Assembly (NCBI GenBank): GCA_950097015.1
Contig: CATNEN010000005.1
Span: forward strand, 4,340,001 to 4,404,000
Source of the DNA: Macrostomum hystrix
Lineage: Eukaryota > Animalia > Platyhelminthes
DNA length: 64,000 bases
Reading direction: 5' to 3'
The notes under the pieces are model-generated. The model searched no databases and was not told where the DNA came from. It worked only from the letters and a program-made list of their open reading frames with translations. Below, one piece after another: positions 48,901-60,900 of the stretch; position 1 is the stretch's first letter; each line of letters begins with the position of its first letter. The translations under genes were made by a program, and so were the position numbers.

Positions 48901-51900
48901 CTGTCCCATCCTCTGTCCCATCCTCTGTCCCATCCTCTGTCCCATCCTCTGTCCCATCCTCTGTCCCATCCTCTGTTCCATCCTCTGTCCCATCCTCTGT
49001 CCCATCCTCTGTCCCATCCTCTGTCCCATCCTCTGTCCCATCCTCTGTCCCATCCTCTGTCCCATCCTCTGTCCCATCCTCTGTCCCATCCTCTGTCCCA
49101 TCCTCTGTCCCACCCTCTGTCCTATCCTCTGTCCCATCCTCTGTCCCATCCTCTGTCCCATCCTCTGTCCCATCCTCTGTCCCATCCTCTGTCCCATCCT
49201 CTGTCCCATCCTCTGTCCCATCCTCTGTCCCATCCTCTGTCCCATCCTCTGTCCCATCCTCTGTTCCATCCTCTGTCCCATCCTCTGTCCCATCCTCTGT
49301 CCCATCCTCTGTTCCACCCTCTGTCCTATCCTCTGTCCCATCCTCTGTCCCATCCTCTGTTCCATCCTCTGTCCCATCCTCTGTCCCATCCTCTGTCCCA
49401 TCCTCTGTCCCATCCTCTGTCCCATCCTCTGTCCCATCCTCTGTCCCATCCTCTGTCCCATCCTCTGTCCCATCCTCTGTCCCACCCTCTGTCCTATCCT
49501 CTGTCCCATCCTCTGTCCCATCCTCTGTCCCATCCTCTGTCCCATCCTCTGTCCCATCCTCTGTCCCATCCTCTGTCCCATCCTCTGTCCCATCCTCTGT
49601 CCCATCCTCTGTCCCATCCTCTGTCCCATCCTCTGTCCCATCCTCTGTTCCATCCTCTGTCCCATCCTCTGTCCCATCCTCTGTCCCATCCTCTGTCCCA
49701 TCCTCTGTCCCATCCTCTGTTCCATCCTCTGTCCCATCCTCTGTCCCATCCTCTGTCCCATCCTCTGTTCCACCCTCTGTCCTATCCTCTGTCCCATCCT
49801 CTGTCCCATCCTCTGTTCCACCCTCTGTCCTATCCTCTGTCCCATCCTCTGTCCCATCCTCTGTCCCATCCTCTGTCCCATCCTCTGTCCCATCCTCTGT
49901 CCCATCCTCTGTCCCATCCTCTGTTCCACCCTCTGTCCTATCCTCTGTCCCATCCTCTGTCCCATCCTCTGTCCCATCCTCTGTCCCATCCTCTGTTCCA
50001 CCCTCTGTCCCATCCTCTGTCCCATCCTCTGTCCCATCCTCTCTCCCATCCTCTGTCCCATCCTCTGTACCATCCTCTGTACCATCCTCTGTCCCATCCT
50101 CTGTCCCATCCTCTGTACCAACGAGCTGAACCGAAAAATGGCACCCACTCGAAACCCGCAGTACACAGCGCAGCAGCAGATGTACGCTGTTGAATCTGCT
50201 GACGACTGGCTGGTGTCTAGCCAGCATCAGGAGTGCTACTCACGCATGCGGGAACAGTTTGCTGATGCCGGCTTTCCTAACCTGCTCTACAGCCTGTCCA
50301 ATCGGGGACTTCAAAGGCGGGCAGCCATGCTGAATATTCGTCAACCCGATCGGGCTCGGGACGAGGGTGTTTTCGTCTGCCACATCATCAGCTGCTTCGA
50401 TCACGCCGTAGCCAAGAAAAGAGTCACTTTTCGACGTGAGTTAAAGAGGCTCAGGGAGGGAATGCTAGCTCTATCCGATCTTCTCTGAATCTTAAGAGAC
50501 TCAGGGTGAGAATAGAGAGACTCAGGGTGAGAATAGAGAGACTCAGGGTAAGAATAGAGAGACTCAGGGTGAGAATAGAGAGACTCAGGGTGAGAATAGA
50601 GAGACTCAGGGTGAGAATAGAGAGACTCAGGGTGAGAATAGAGAGACTCAGGGTGAGAATAGAGAGACTCAGGGTGAGAATAGAGAGACTCAGGGTAAGA
50701 ATAGAGAGACTCAGGGTGAGAATAGAGAGACTCAGGGTGAGAATAGAGAGACTCAGGGTGAGAATAGAGAGACTCAGGGTGAGAATAGAGAGACTCAGGG
50801 TGAGAAGGATGAGAGATTCAGGTAGATAAGGGAGAGTGAATCAGGTAGATAAGGTAGAGTGATTCGGGTAGATAAGAAAGAGTGATTCGGGTAGATAAGG
50901 TAGAGTGATTCAGGTAGATAATGGAGAGTGATTCGTATAGATAAGAGAGACCGATTCAGGTAGATAAGGGAGAGTGAGGGAGAGTGATTCAGGTAGATAA
51001 GGGAGAGTGAGGGAGAGTGATTCAGGTAGATAAGGGAGAGTGAGGGAGAGTGATTCAGGTAGATAAGGGAGAGTGAGGGAGAGTGAATCAGGTAGATAAG
51101 GGAGAGTGAGGGAGAGTGAATCAGGTAGATAAGGGAGATTAAATCAGGTAGATAAGGGAGATTAAATCAGGTAGATAAGGGAGATTAAATCAGGTAGATA
51201 AGGGAGAGTGGTTCAGGTAAAGAAAAAAGATTGATTAAAAAAAAAATCTACAGTACTTGGCTACAGTACTAAGCCAGTGTTTGGCTTAGTCACCATCTAT
51301 GCAAAACAGCTAGAAATATATTAACAGTTTGTCAAACAAAGAAAATTCATTCAACACATTGCTGCTAATGAATTCAATGAAGCAGTTTTCCTAGAAAGGA
51401 ACAGAAAAAATGAATATTAGTGTGCTTGAGGACTATGCCTAGATGAAGGAATAGAATGGATTGCTAGTCTCACCTACGATCTACTCAATTTCGTAGTCAA
51501 ATTTAATGTTTTATTGTTCATTCTGTAATTTTGTTCAGACAAGAAGTGCAAATGAACTACATTGTTTAGAGCAGAGGTTGTTTATTTCGATGACGCAAAG
51601 AACAAGCTGTCTTATCTAGTCAGGCTGTACTACCTAAAAGTGTTGACTTTCGCTGCCCCTTAAAAGCGCAATTTTTATGTAAACTATCTGTGGCGGATAA
51701 TATCGGAATTTTATGGAATTTTCGTGAAGTTGTTAAGTTGCACCAAGCAAAGTGGTGTAAATATATTTATCTATATAGAGACGAAAAGTATAGAGACCCG
51801 TAAAAAATAGTAAAGGACAGGCATCGAGGTGGGTCAGTCTAGACATTCGAGTTAGTTTTTTCACAGCAATGGCGGCAGCAGCAGCAGCAGAATTTCACCA

Positions 51901-54900
51901 AACGGTTAAGGTGAAAAGTGTGAAATTCCATTCCAACAGAAATTGCATTGCTTCAGGTGTTCTTCAAGTGCATTTCTAGTTTGTTCTTTGCCATGGGAGT
52001 TTATTCCCGAAAACCCACGAATTGACGAACTGTCACTCAGCAACCTCCCCTAAACACCCCCGTTTTGGTCGGTTCGACCTTCTAAACCAGGGGTCGGCAA
52101 ACTTACTAGCTAGCGGGCCAACGAGACAACCTAAAAGATGACATCGGGCCACATTGACTGCAGAAATGAGACAAGGGGAGATGACACTGGGAGGGATGAG
52201 ACAAGGGAGAGGGAGAGATGAGACAGGGAAGAGGACAGTAGGGAGAGATGAGACACGGGAGAGATGAGACAGGGAAGAGGACAGTAGGGAGAGATGAGAC
52301 ACGGGAGAGATGAGACACAGGGGAGAGATGAGACACAGGGGAGAGATGAGACACGGGAGAGATGAGACACAGGGGAGAGATGAGACAGGGAAGAGGACAC
52401 AGGGAAGAGGGCACAGAGGAGAGATGAGACAGTGGAGAGATGAGACAGGGGAGATGACACAAGGGAGAGATGAGACACGGGAGAGATGGGACAGGGAAGA
52501 GGACACAGGGGAGAGATGAGGCACAGGAGAGATGAGACACAGGAGAGATGAGACACGGGAGAGATGAGACACGGGAGAGATGAGACACAGGAGAGATGAG
52601 ACACGGGAGAGATGAGACACAGGAGAGATGAGACAGGTGTCGGAAAGGGCAACGGGCCGGATTTTGGAAATTTGAGGGCCGCATCTGACCCGCGGGCCGG
52701 AGTTTGCCGAGCCCTGTTCTAAACTTTGCCGAGGTCAAGTCGTGATTTTTGTTAGAATTTGGTTAGAATGTACTTTTATGGCCTGTCAAAAGCAAGATAG
52801 ATGGACGCATTCACGGGGGATGAAGAATATGCATAGGTAGGTGCGGTGTTGACGGGAGACGTCAGTCAGCCACTAAAGCCTTCGTTGCCTTCTGCTTTCT
52901 CTCATATTTTCGTGATTACTTGGCCAAAAGAGTTAACGGCTTCTGGTATGCCGCTCGCGTCCTGCTTGTTTTAAACTCATGACATCAGCAGCACTTTTTA
53001 TGACAAATTAAGTGTATGTCATAGATTCTTCTAGATTTTAATGGGAATAAGTTGTTTGTGAACAACATTTTAAGTGCCCTTTTCGTAGGCTTTTAGCTTC
53101 AGAACTCTTATCTTCTTGTCTTCTAACCCATGTTTTCTACCCCTTCTACCCTGTATTTTCTACCCTTCCAACCCGATGTTTTCTACCCTTCCAACCCGAT
53201 GTTTTCTACCCTTCCTACCCTATGTTTTCTACCCTTCCAACCCGATGTTTTCTACCCTTCCTACCCTATGTTTTCTACCCTTCCTACCCTATGTTTTCTA
53301 CCCCTTCTGCCCTGTATTTTCTACCCTTCCAACCCTATATTTTCTACCCCTTCTACTCCATATCTTCTCCTACCCTTCGTACTCGATGTTTTCTACCCCC
53401 TTCTATCCCATATTTTCTACCCTTTCAACCCCATGTTATCCAACCCTTCTACCTCATGTTTTTTACCCCGACAACCCGAGGTTTTCTACCCTTTCTACCC
53501 GATTTTATCTGCCCCTTCTTCCCCGCATTTCTTGCCCTTCCTATCTGATGTTTTCTATCCTTTCTACCCTATGTTTTCAACCAATTCTACCCTTTGGTTT
53601 CTGAAACTTCACCCACGTGTTTTCTACTCCTTCTACCCTGCAAGTGTCTCGTCTGGAACTTCTATCTCACGTTTCATCCCCTGTTTTCTACCCCTTGCAC
53701 TCCTTCCACCACGTGTTTTTTTTACCTATCTTCTACCCGTTTACTACCTGTATCCAGGATTACATCAATCTTACTTGTCTGGGTGTACTAATCCAAAAAA
53801 ATATCTCATTGCAGGCGATTTCACCTTTAAAAAGAACGAGCCGCCAAACACGCAGGAGGTGGCCCTCGGCCAGCCAATCACAGTGCCATGCGCCGTTAGC
53901 GACACTGGTCGCACCTCGCCACAGCTAGTTTGGTACGAAGGCAATTCAATTAGAGAAGGTAAGCTAGTTTTACTGTTTAATCTAATATTTTTCGATACAT
54001 ATCGGCTAAAAAGTTTTCAAAAACGTTGGACAAAAATGTCATTAATCATATTTAGAAAAATTATGAAAGTTTTTCATGCAGTTTTTCATCCAGTTTTTTT
54101 CTTATTTTTTTGCTTTCTCAGCGTCTTTTTCTGGATCTTCATCACGCACGCTTCTATCAGTTTAGGCCGTCAGTCACAGTCAGTTTTGTCTGCCTTCAAC
54201 GACACGCAGATGAAAAAAAGAGACAAAAAATGAACGACAAGAAGTAGAGAGCGACTGCGAGATGGCAATCGCTAGTTTCTTTAGTGAGAGATTTTTTTAG
54301 CTCTAACATTCGCATTACACTACTGATGCCATAAAAATAAGTAGCTCAAATATAATATTCTTGCAGTTATTTTTAAGTTAACTTCTGAAAATAAAAAACT
54401 ATGTCATTTTGATTCCTCCAGACGCCAGAGTACCGATGTACAATGCCAGCGGTCCGTCGAGGGTGTCGCAGTTCCCGAACGCCACCCTGCGCATCAACGG
54501 CGTCAGCTTGGACGATCGCAGCTTCCTCTGCGCCGGATTCTACCGATCGGTGGCCCGATCGACAACCTTCAATCCGGTGATCCGGCTGCCGGCTCGGGTG
54601 CTGCCATTCGACGGCGAGCCGAGGCTGGAGGTTGCGGCGGACAGCAGCGTCACGATTCCGTGTCGGACCTCCGGGGAGCAGCCAATGACTGTTGAATGGT
54701 TTGCAGCCTATCAGGCTGGCGGGCACACTCTGTGTAAGGTGGACGGCGATTGCAAGCAGGTGAGAGTTTCGGGCCTTCCGTTAGAGCTTCTTTCTTCGAA
54801 ACCAGAGGTCGGGAGTTCGAATCTTCACTCTCAAGGGAACAAAAGTGTGCCCTAAACTAAAGACACTTAAAATTCCCTTGTGTTTATTTGGGTCACCCAG

Positions 54901-57900
54901 AGGGGGTCGGTGGCAGAGCGGTTTGCTTTTGCCTCTCGCACCAAGGTCCCTGAGCTCGATTCCATGGCGAGGCCACATTCATTTGGGGCGCAGCCGCGGA
55001 GAGAAGGCTTGTGGGCTTGTCGTGAAATTTACGCCCTTGAGGGCCAACAGCCAAGGCACAATGAGAGTGTACACTGCCTGACGATGAGAAAGTCAGGGCA
55101 GATGTACACACCTGTGTGTGTGTGTGTGTGTGTGTGCCTGCGTACGGTATCTGTGTGCGTGTGTGCTCAGGAGTCAGCGAAATGGGCAGAATTGCCTCCT
55201 GCAATTATTATTATTATATTATTGGGATCTTTTTTGTGATTATTTGGGATTTTTGGGATTTTTTGTCATTCAAAATTTTGGACAATCTAAGAATAGGGAT
55301 AATTTTTTGGGATAATTGAATATTCGTTATCATGCAAAAATTGGGATTATTTTATTTAAAATAATTTGGGATTTGGGAGCGTTAAGGATTAGGAAACATC
55401 AGACTTCTAAAGCATCTGATTGGCATCCAATACAGGTCGGCCTCTTCCCAGAGGATCACGAGTACAACAGCGTCCCAATGAGCGGCTATGACCCTGGCTA
55501 CGGAGCCAGCATTGGTCTCACGGGCTTCGGCTCGAAAACTCTGGAACTCAGGCGAGCTAACTCTGGTTTGAACGGCCGGTACACCTGTCGGGCATCGAAT
55601 CGGTACAATCTCATCAGCAGCAGTGGCAAGGTCGCTTTTGTCGAGCGAAGCATCGAAGTTGTCATAGTCAGCCCGCCAGGACCTGTGCGCTCCTTTCAGC
55701 CCACCGACGCAGGTGAGAAGAAGTCCGATTTTTTCTCCTGAGGAAATGGATGGTGTGGGATGTTCCCCTGAGGAAATGGATGGTGTGGGATGTTCCCCTG
55801 AGGAAATGGATGGTGTGGGATGTTCCCCTGAGGAAATGGATGGTGTGGGATGTTCCCCTGAGGAAATGGATGGTGTGGGATGTTCCCCTGAGGAAATGGA
55901 TGGTGTGGGATGTTCCCCTGTGGAAATGGATGATGTGGGATGTTCCCCTGAGGAGATGGATGGTGTGGAATGTTTCCCTGAGGAAATGGATGATGTGGGA
56001 TGTTCCCCTGAGGAAATAGATGGTGTGGAATGTTTCCCTGAGGAAATGGATGGTGTGAAATGTTCCCCTGAGGAAATAGATGGTGTGGGATGTTCCTCTG
56101 AGGAAATGGAGGGTATGGAATGCTCCCCTGAGGAAATGGAGGGAATGGAATGTTCCCCAGAAGAAAATGAATGGTGTGGAATGTTTCCCTGAGGAAATGG
56201 ATGATGTGGGATGTTCCCCTGAGGAAATAGATGGTGTGGGATGTTCCCCTGAGGAAATAGATGGTGTGGAATGTTTCCCTGAGGAAATGGATGGTGTGAA
56301 ATGTTTCCCTGAGGAAATGGATGATGTGGGATGTTCCCCTGAGGAGATGGATGGTGTGGAATGTTTCCCTGAGGAAATGGATGATGTGGGATGTTCCCCT
56401 GAGGAAATAGATGGTGTGGAATGTTTCCCTGAGGAAATGGATGGTGTGAAATGTTCCCCTGAGGAAATAGATGGTGTGGGATGTTCCTCTGAGGAAATGG
56501 AGGGTATGGAATGCTCCCCTGAGGAAATGGAGGGAATGGAATGTTCCCCAGAAGAAAATGAATGGTGTGGAATGTTTCCCTGAGGAAATGGATGATGTGG
56601 GATGTTCCCCTGAGGAAATAGATGGTGTGGGATGTTCCCCTGAGGAAATAGATGGTGTGGAATGTTTCCCTGAGGAAATGGATGGTGTGAAATGTTCCCC
56701 TGAGGAAATAGATGGTGTGGGATGTTCCTCTGAGGAAATGGAGGGTATGGAATGCTCCCCTGAGGAAATGGAGGGAATGGAATGTTCCCCAGAAGAAAAT
56801 GAATGGTGTGGAATGTGCCCCTGTGGAAATGGATGATGTGGGATGTTCCTCTGAGGAAATGGAGGCAATGGAATGCCCCCGTGAGGAAATGTATGGTGTG
56901 GGGTGCTCTCCTGAAGAACGCCTTGTCGACTGTCCCTTGAATATTGATTTCTTATTTTTAATACGACCTTTAACTCAACGATCCCTACGAAAGGGGAATA
57001 AAATTAGAATATTCTAATGAACCAGCGTAGACATTTTAAGTTTTGGTTGTGTAAATTCCTTAAGGCTTTTAAACGATCGATCCGAACACTTTCGCATCGT
57101 CTCATCGCGCACCTGCAGGTGCTGACTGGGTTACGCTGCAATGGGAGCCCCCAACGCGCACTGGTCACAAGCCGGTCACAGCCTATCGAGTGGTGTACTC
57201 ATACGAGAGTGGTCACGAGCTCGATCCCGCTGGAATCCCCACCGAAACGGAGGCGGCAACAACGGGCGCCGACGCTCGCAGTCTGACGGTGCGCGGCCTC
57301 AGCCCGGGTCGCCGGTTGAAGTTTCGCATCTCGGCCGTCAACAGCGTCGGTGCTGGTCCGTCTGTGACGGCCCGCGTGGCCACCCTGGAGAAGCCGCCAG
57401 CCGGTCCGGTGCGGAACCTGCGAGCGACCGCCGGCCGACCGATTCAAGATTTCAGCGACGATGGCGACAGTGTCCAACTGGTCATCAGCTGGGACCCACC
57501 AGATGCTCAGCTGATGAACGGCCGATTAACCAACTACAGTGTGCATTATCGCCAGCTGGAACTGGGCGATGCACCCACCGAATGTCCCGCTGTTCTTGGC
57601 GTTGTTGGCAGTGGCGGTGGCGTTGCCGGCGTGGTGGTCGGCGCCAGCTCCGGTTTCGTGTTGGCGATTCGGACGCCGAAGCTGAGAACTGTCATCGGTG
57701 GCGGCGGAGTCGGCAGTCGCAGACGTCTTCGGACACTGTCCGACTATCAGGTGAAAGTCACCCCGGCGAATGCTGTTGGCGAAGGACCTCCGGCCTGCGT
57801 GCTGGCGAGGACTCTGGGGTCTGGTGAGTCAGCATTGTTTATCACTTGGGATCTATTCTGCTTACGCGTCTAAAATTAAAATTCAATGCTCATAATTCCG

Positions 57901-60900
57901 CAGCTCCTCTGTCACCTCCGAGCAATGTCCGCTGTCACGCCGAGGGCGAGGATAGGATCCGTGTGACCTGGTTGCCGCCGGATGCGGAGAGCCTCAATGG
58001 ACGCCTGGTTGCCTACCAGCTGCAGCACCTGCAGGCCAGGGACTTCTCTGCTCAAGGTGCACTATGGAGGGCTGAGGACAATGGCACATCATTTGGTGAC
58101 ACTAGACCCGCAGCCAGCGGGAAGGCGATTCTGCCCATTTCGCTGACTCCTGAGCACACACGCACTCAGATACTGTACGCAGGCACACACACACAGGTGC
58201 GTACATCTGCCCTGACTTTCACATCGTCCGGCAGTGTACACTCTCACTGTGCCTTGGCGGTTGGCCCTCAATGCCGTAAATGGCTGGAACCCATTTAACA
58301 AGTCCCCAAATGAATGTGGCCTCGCCGCGAGATCGAACTTAGGAACTGTGGTGCGAGAGGCAAACGCGATAACCGGTCTGCCACCGACCCCCAGGCTATG
58401 GATATGGTCCAATTGTTTCCTTCGTGAACAAGCGTTTTAAAAAATTTGCAGACGAGTCAAGTGCCATTGAGACGGAGGTGAGCAGCAGTCAGAGCCAGCT
58501 GGTTGTCACAGGGCTCAACCCGTTCACCAACTATTCGTTCAGCATGACCGTGTCCAACAGCAAGGGTCGCTCGCCCCAGTCTCGCCCAGTCGCCTTCTGT
58601 CGAACCCATTCCGCGGCGCCATCTCCGCCGCGCGACCTGCGCGCCTTCGGCGTCAATTCCAGCGCCGCGGCTCTCGCCTGGCGTCGAACCGACCGTCCCA
58701 ATGGTGACCTGCTTCGCTACGACATTGAAATCGTCTGCGACTTTGGCGCTGATAGCAGATTTGAGAATAATCTCAGTCGCATTGTGCCCGTGTCACCAGC
58801 CGAATCCACCATGACAATAATTTCTGGCCTGCACTCCGGTGCTACGTGTAGGTTTCGTATTCGATCGGTCAACACTCAGCTGGTTGGCGAGTTCGGGACA
58901 ATGATTGAGTACATCGCCAGCGTTGGAAAGCGTGAGTGAATTGATAAATAGAAAATTTGTGCCTTCCAAAATCGGGCCAGATGTGCAGCCGACAGCACAG
59001 CCGCAGCTATTGCGCGGCGCATCTGAAGGCTGTGTACGGCTGTTCAGTCCATGGACTGGGGGGACGCCACACCCACCCTCAATTACCCCAGCTAATGCTG
59101 GAACCCATTTAACAGCTGGGAACTGAACCAATAAATAGTTAGGTGTCTTGCTAACAGAGACCTATTGCTTGATTAAAGTCGGGAATTGAACCCCCGACCT
59201 TCTAGACGTCAAATAGTGGCTAAAACCCCAGTGCCCGACTCTGCTAGACATAATCCACAATTTTTTTAATCTCCGTTATTTGTTTGAATACACGACAGAG
59301 CCACTAAGAGTGGCCACATTGTCAACCGAGTCGCGCATTTTTCGCGGTTCGTCGCTAACTCTGGACTGCGCCATTGTGGGCGAAGGCAGTCGCGAACCTA
59401 AATGGGACGGACCACCTGTGGAGTGAGTAACTCATTCTCAAATGCAATGATAACAAAATTAAAATTAACTTTTCCAAATAGAATATTTCCAACCGCAATC
59501 ATTAACAGTTCTTCTGTGAAGCGAATTCTACCCAACGGCTCGCTGTTGATTGAGTCTGCCCTGAGTTCAGGCCAGTACACCTGCGCCACAGCTGACAGAT
59601 CAGATCATGTCAGCCACAATGTCGAAGTTTTTAGTGAGTTTTCATTTTATAGATTATCGAATCTTGAGCTTGTGAATAATTTTGAGTACTTCATGGAATT
59701 CAAATGTCACTTTTTAACACACTTTTTAGGTCCCGAGATGAGGCGTAAGATTATCTCAACTTTTGATTTGGAAAAATACCTGTCTCATCTCTCCCGTGTC
59801 TCATCTCTCCCGTGTCTCATCTCTCCCGTGTCTCATCTCTCCCGTGTCTCATCTCTCCCGTGTCTCATCTCTCCCGTGTCTCATCTCTCCCGTGTCTCAT
59901 CTCTCCCGTGTCTCATCTCTCCCGTGTCTCATCTCTCCCGTGTCTCATCTCTCCCGTGTCTCATCTCTCCCGTGTCTCATCTCTCCCGTGTCTCATCTCT
60001 CCCGTGTCTCATCTCTCCCGTGTCTCATCTCTCCCGTGTCTCATCTCTCCCGTGTCTCATCTCTCCAGTGTCTCATCTCTCCCGTGTCTCATCTCTCCCG
60101 TGTCTCATCTCTCCCGTGTCTCATCTCTCCCGTGTCTCATCTCTCCCGTGTCTCATCTCTCCCGTGTCTCATCTCTCCCGTGTCTCATCTCTCCAGTGTC
60201 TCATCTCTCCAGTGTCTCATCTCTCCAGTGTCTCATCTCTCCCGTATCTCATCTCTCCAGTGTCTCATCTCTCCCTGTCTATCCCACAAAGCGTATAATT
60301 TTGATGACTCGTGCCTAGCATTCTACTATAAGTAGATAAGCTAAAAAAAGTCACAAATTGCATTCCAGCCACACCCAGTCCGCCCCAGCTTCTGAAGGGT
60401 CGGGTGAGCCTCACCTCCCTGGAAGTCCTTTGGCGCCTCGGCGGCACCCAGGCCGGGCCTTCAGCTTCGGCTACAACCCTCGAAGGCGCCCGCCTGACAG
60501 AGCTGGAGCTTCGCTATACTAATCTGTACACGGGCCAGACCGAGGCTCGAACCCTCGACCTGCAGCCCAGCAACCGGTCGCACCTGTTAGACCCGGTGTC
60601 CTGCGGCGCCATTGTTGAATTTCGAGCTCGAGTTGTCAACGCCTTCGGCCTGCGTAGCGCCTTCGCTGGACCGTTGAGGCTGCAGGCGCCCGGAGCTCCG
60701 CCGTCGCCTCTGTCTCCCGGTGGCTGGTCGTCGAGTTTGTCTGCCTCAACAGGTCATTCGTCGATCATTCGAGAGACTGCGCCGGGTGACGTTGTGCTGA
60801 ACCTCAGCGCTGTGTTTCTGCCTGGTTTTGGCTGCCCAGCTGAACGATTCTTTGTCTACGCCGAGGGCTTCGGGTCGTCGGCGTCGTCAGTGCCGGCGGC

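Noticed and set aside
48583-50488. 500-630-aa ORFs in all frames over the 12-mer array (and similar ORFs at 23.5-24.7k, 34.6-35.3k, 47.6-48.2k, 52.0-52.7k, 53.1-53.8k, 55.7-57.0k, 59.8-60.3k, 63.3-63.8k)
   Set aside because: They are stop-free translations of tandem repeats inside introns or flanks; only 50162-50435 and 53815-53958 are real exons.
55060-55110. Hammerhead ribozyme in SINE B (CTGACGA..GAAA)
   Set aside because: Only 3 nt separate the core halves (no stem II), no correctly placed NUH cleavage triplet exists, and the segment folds better as a simple hairpin.
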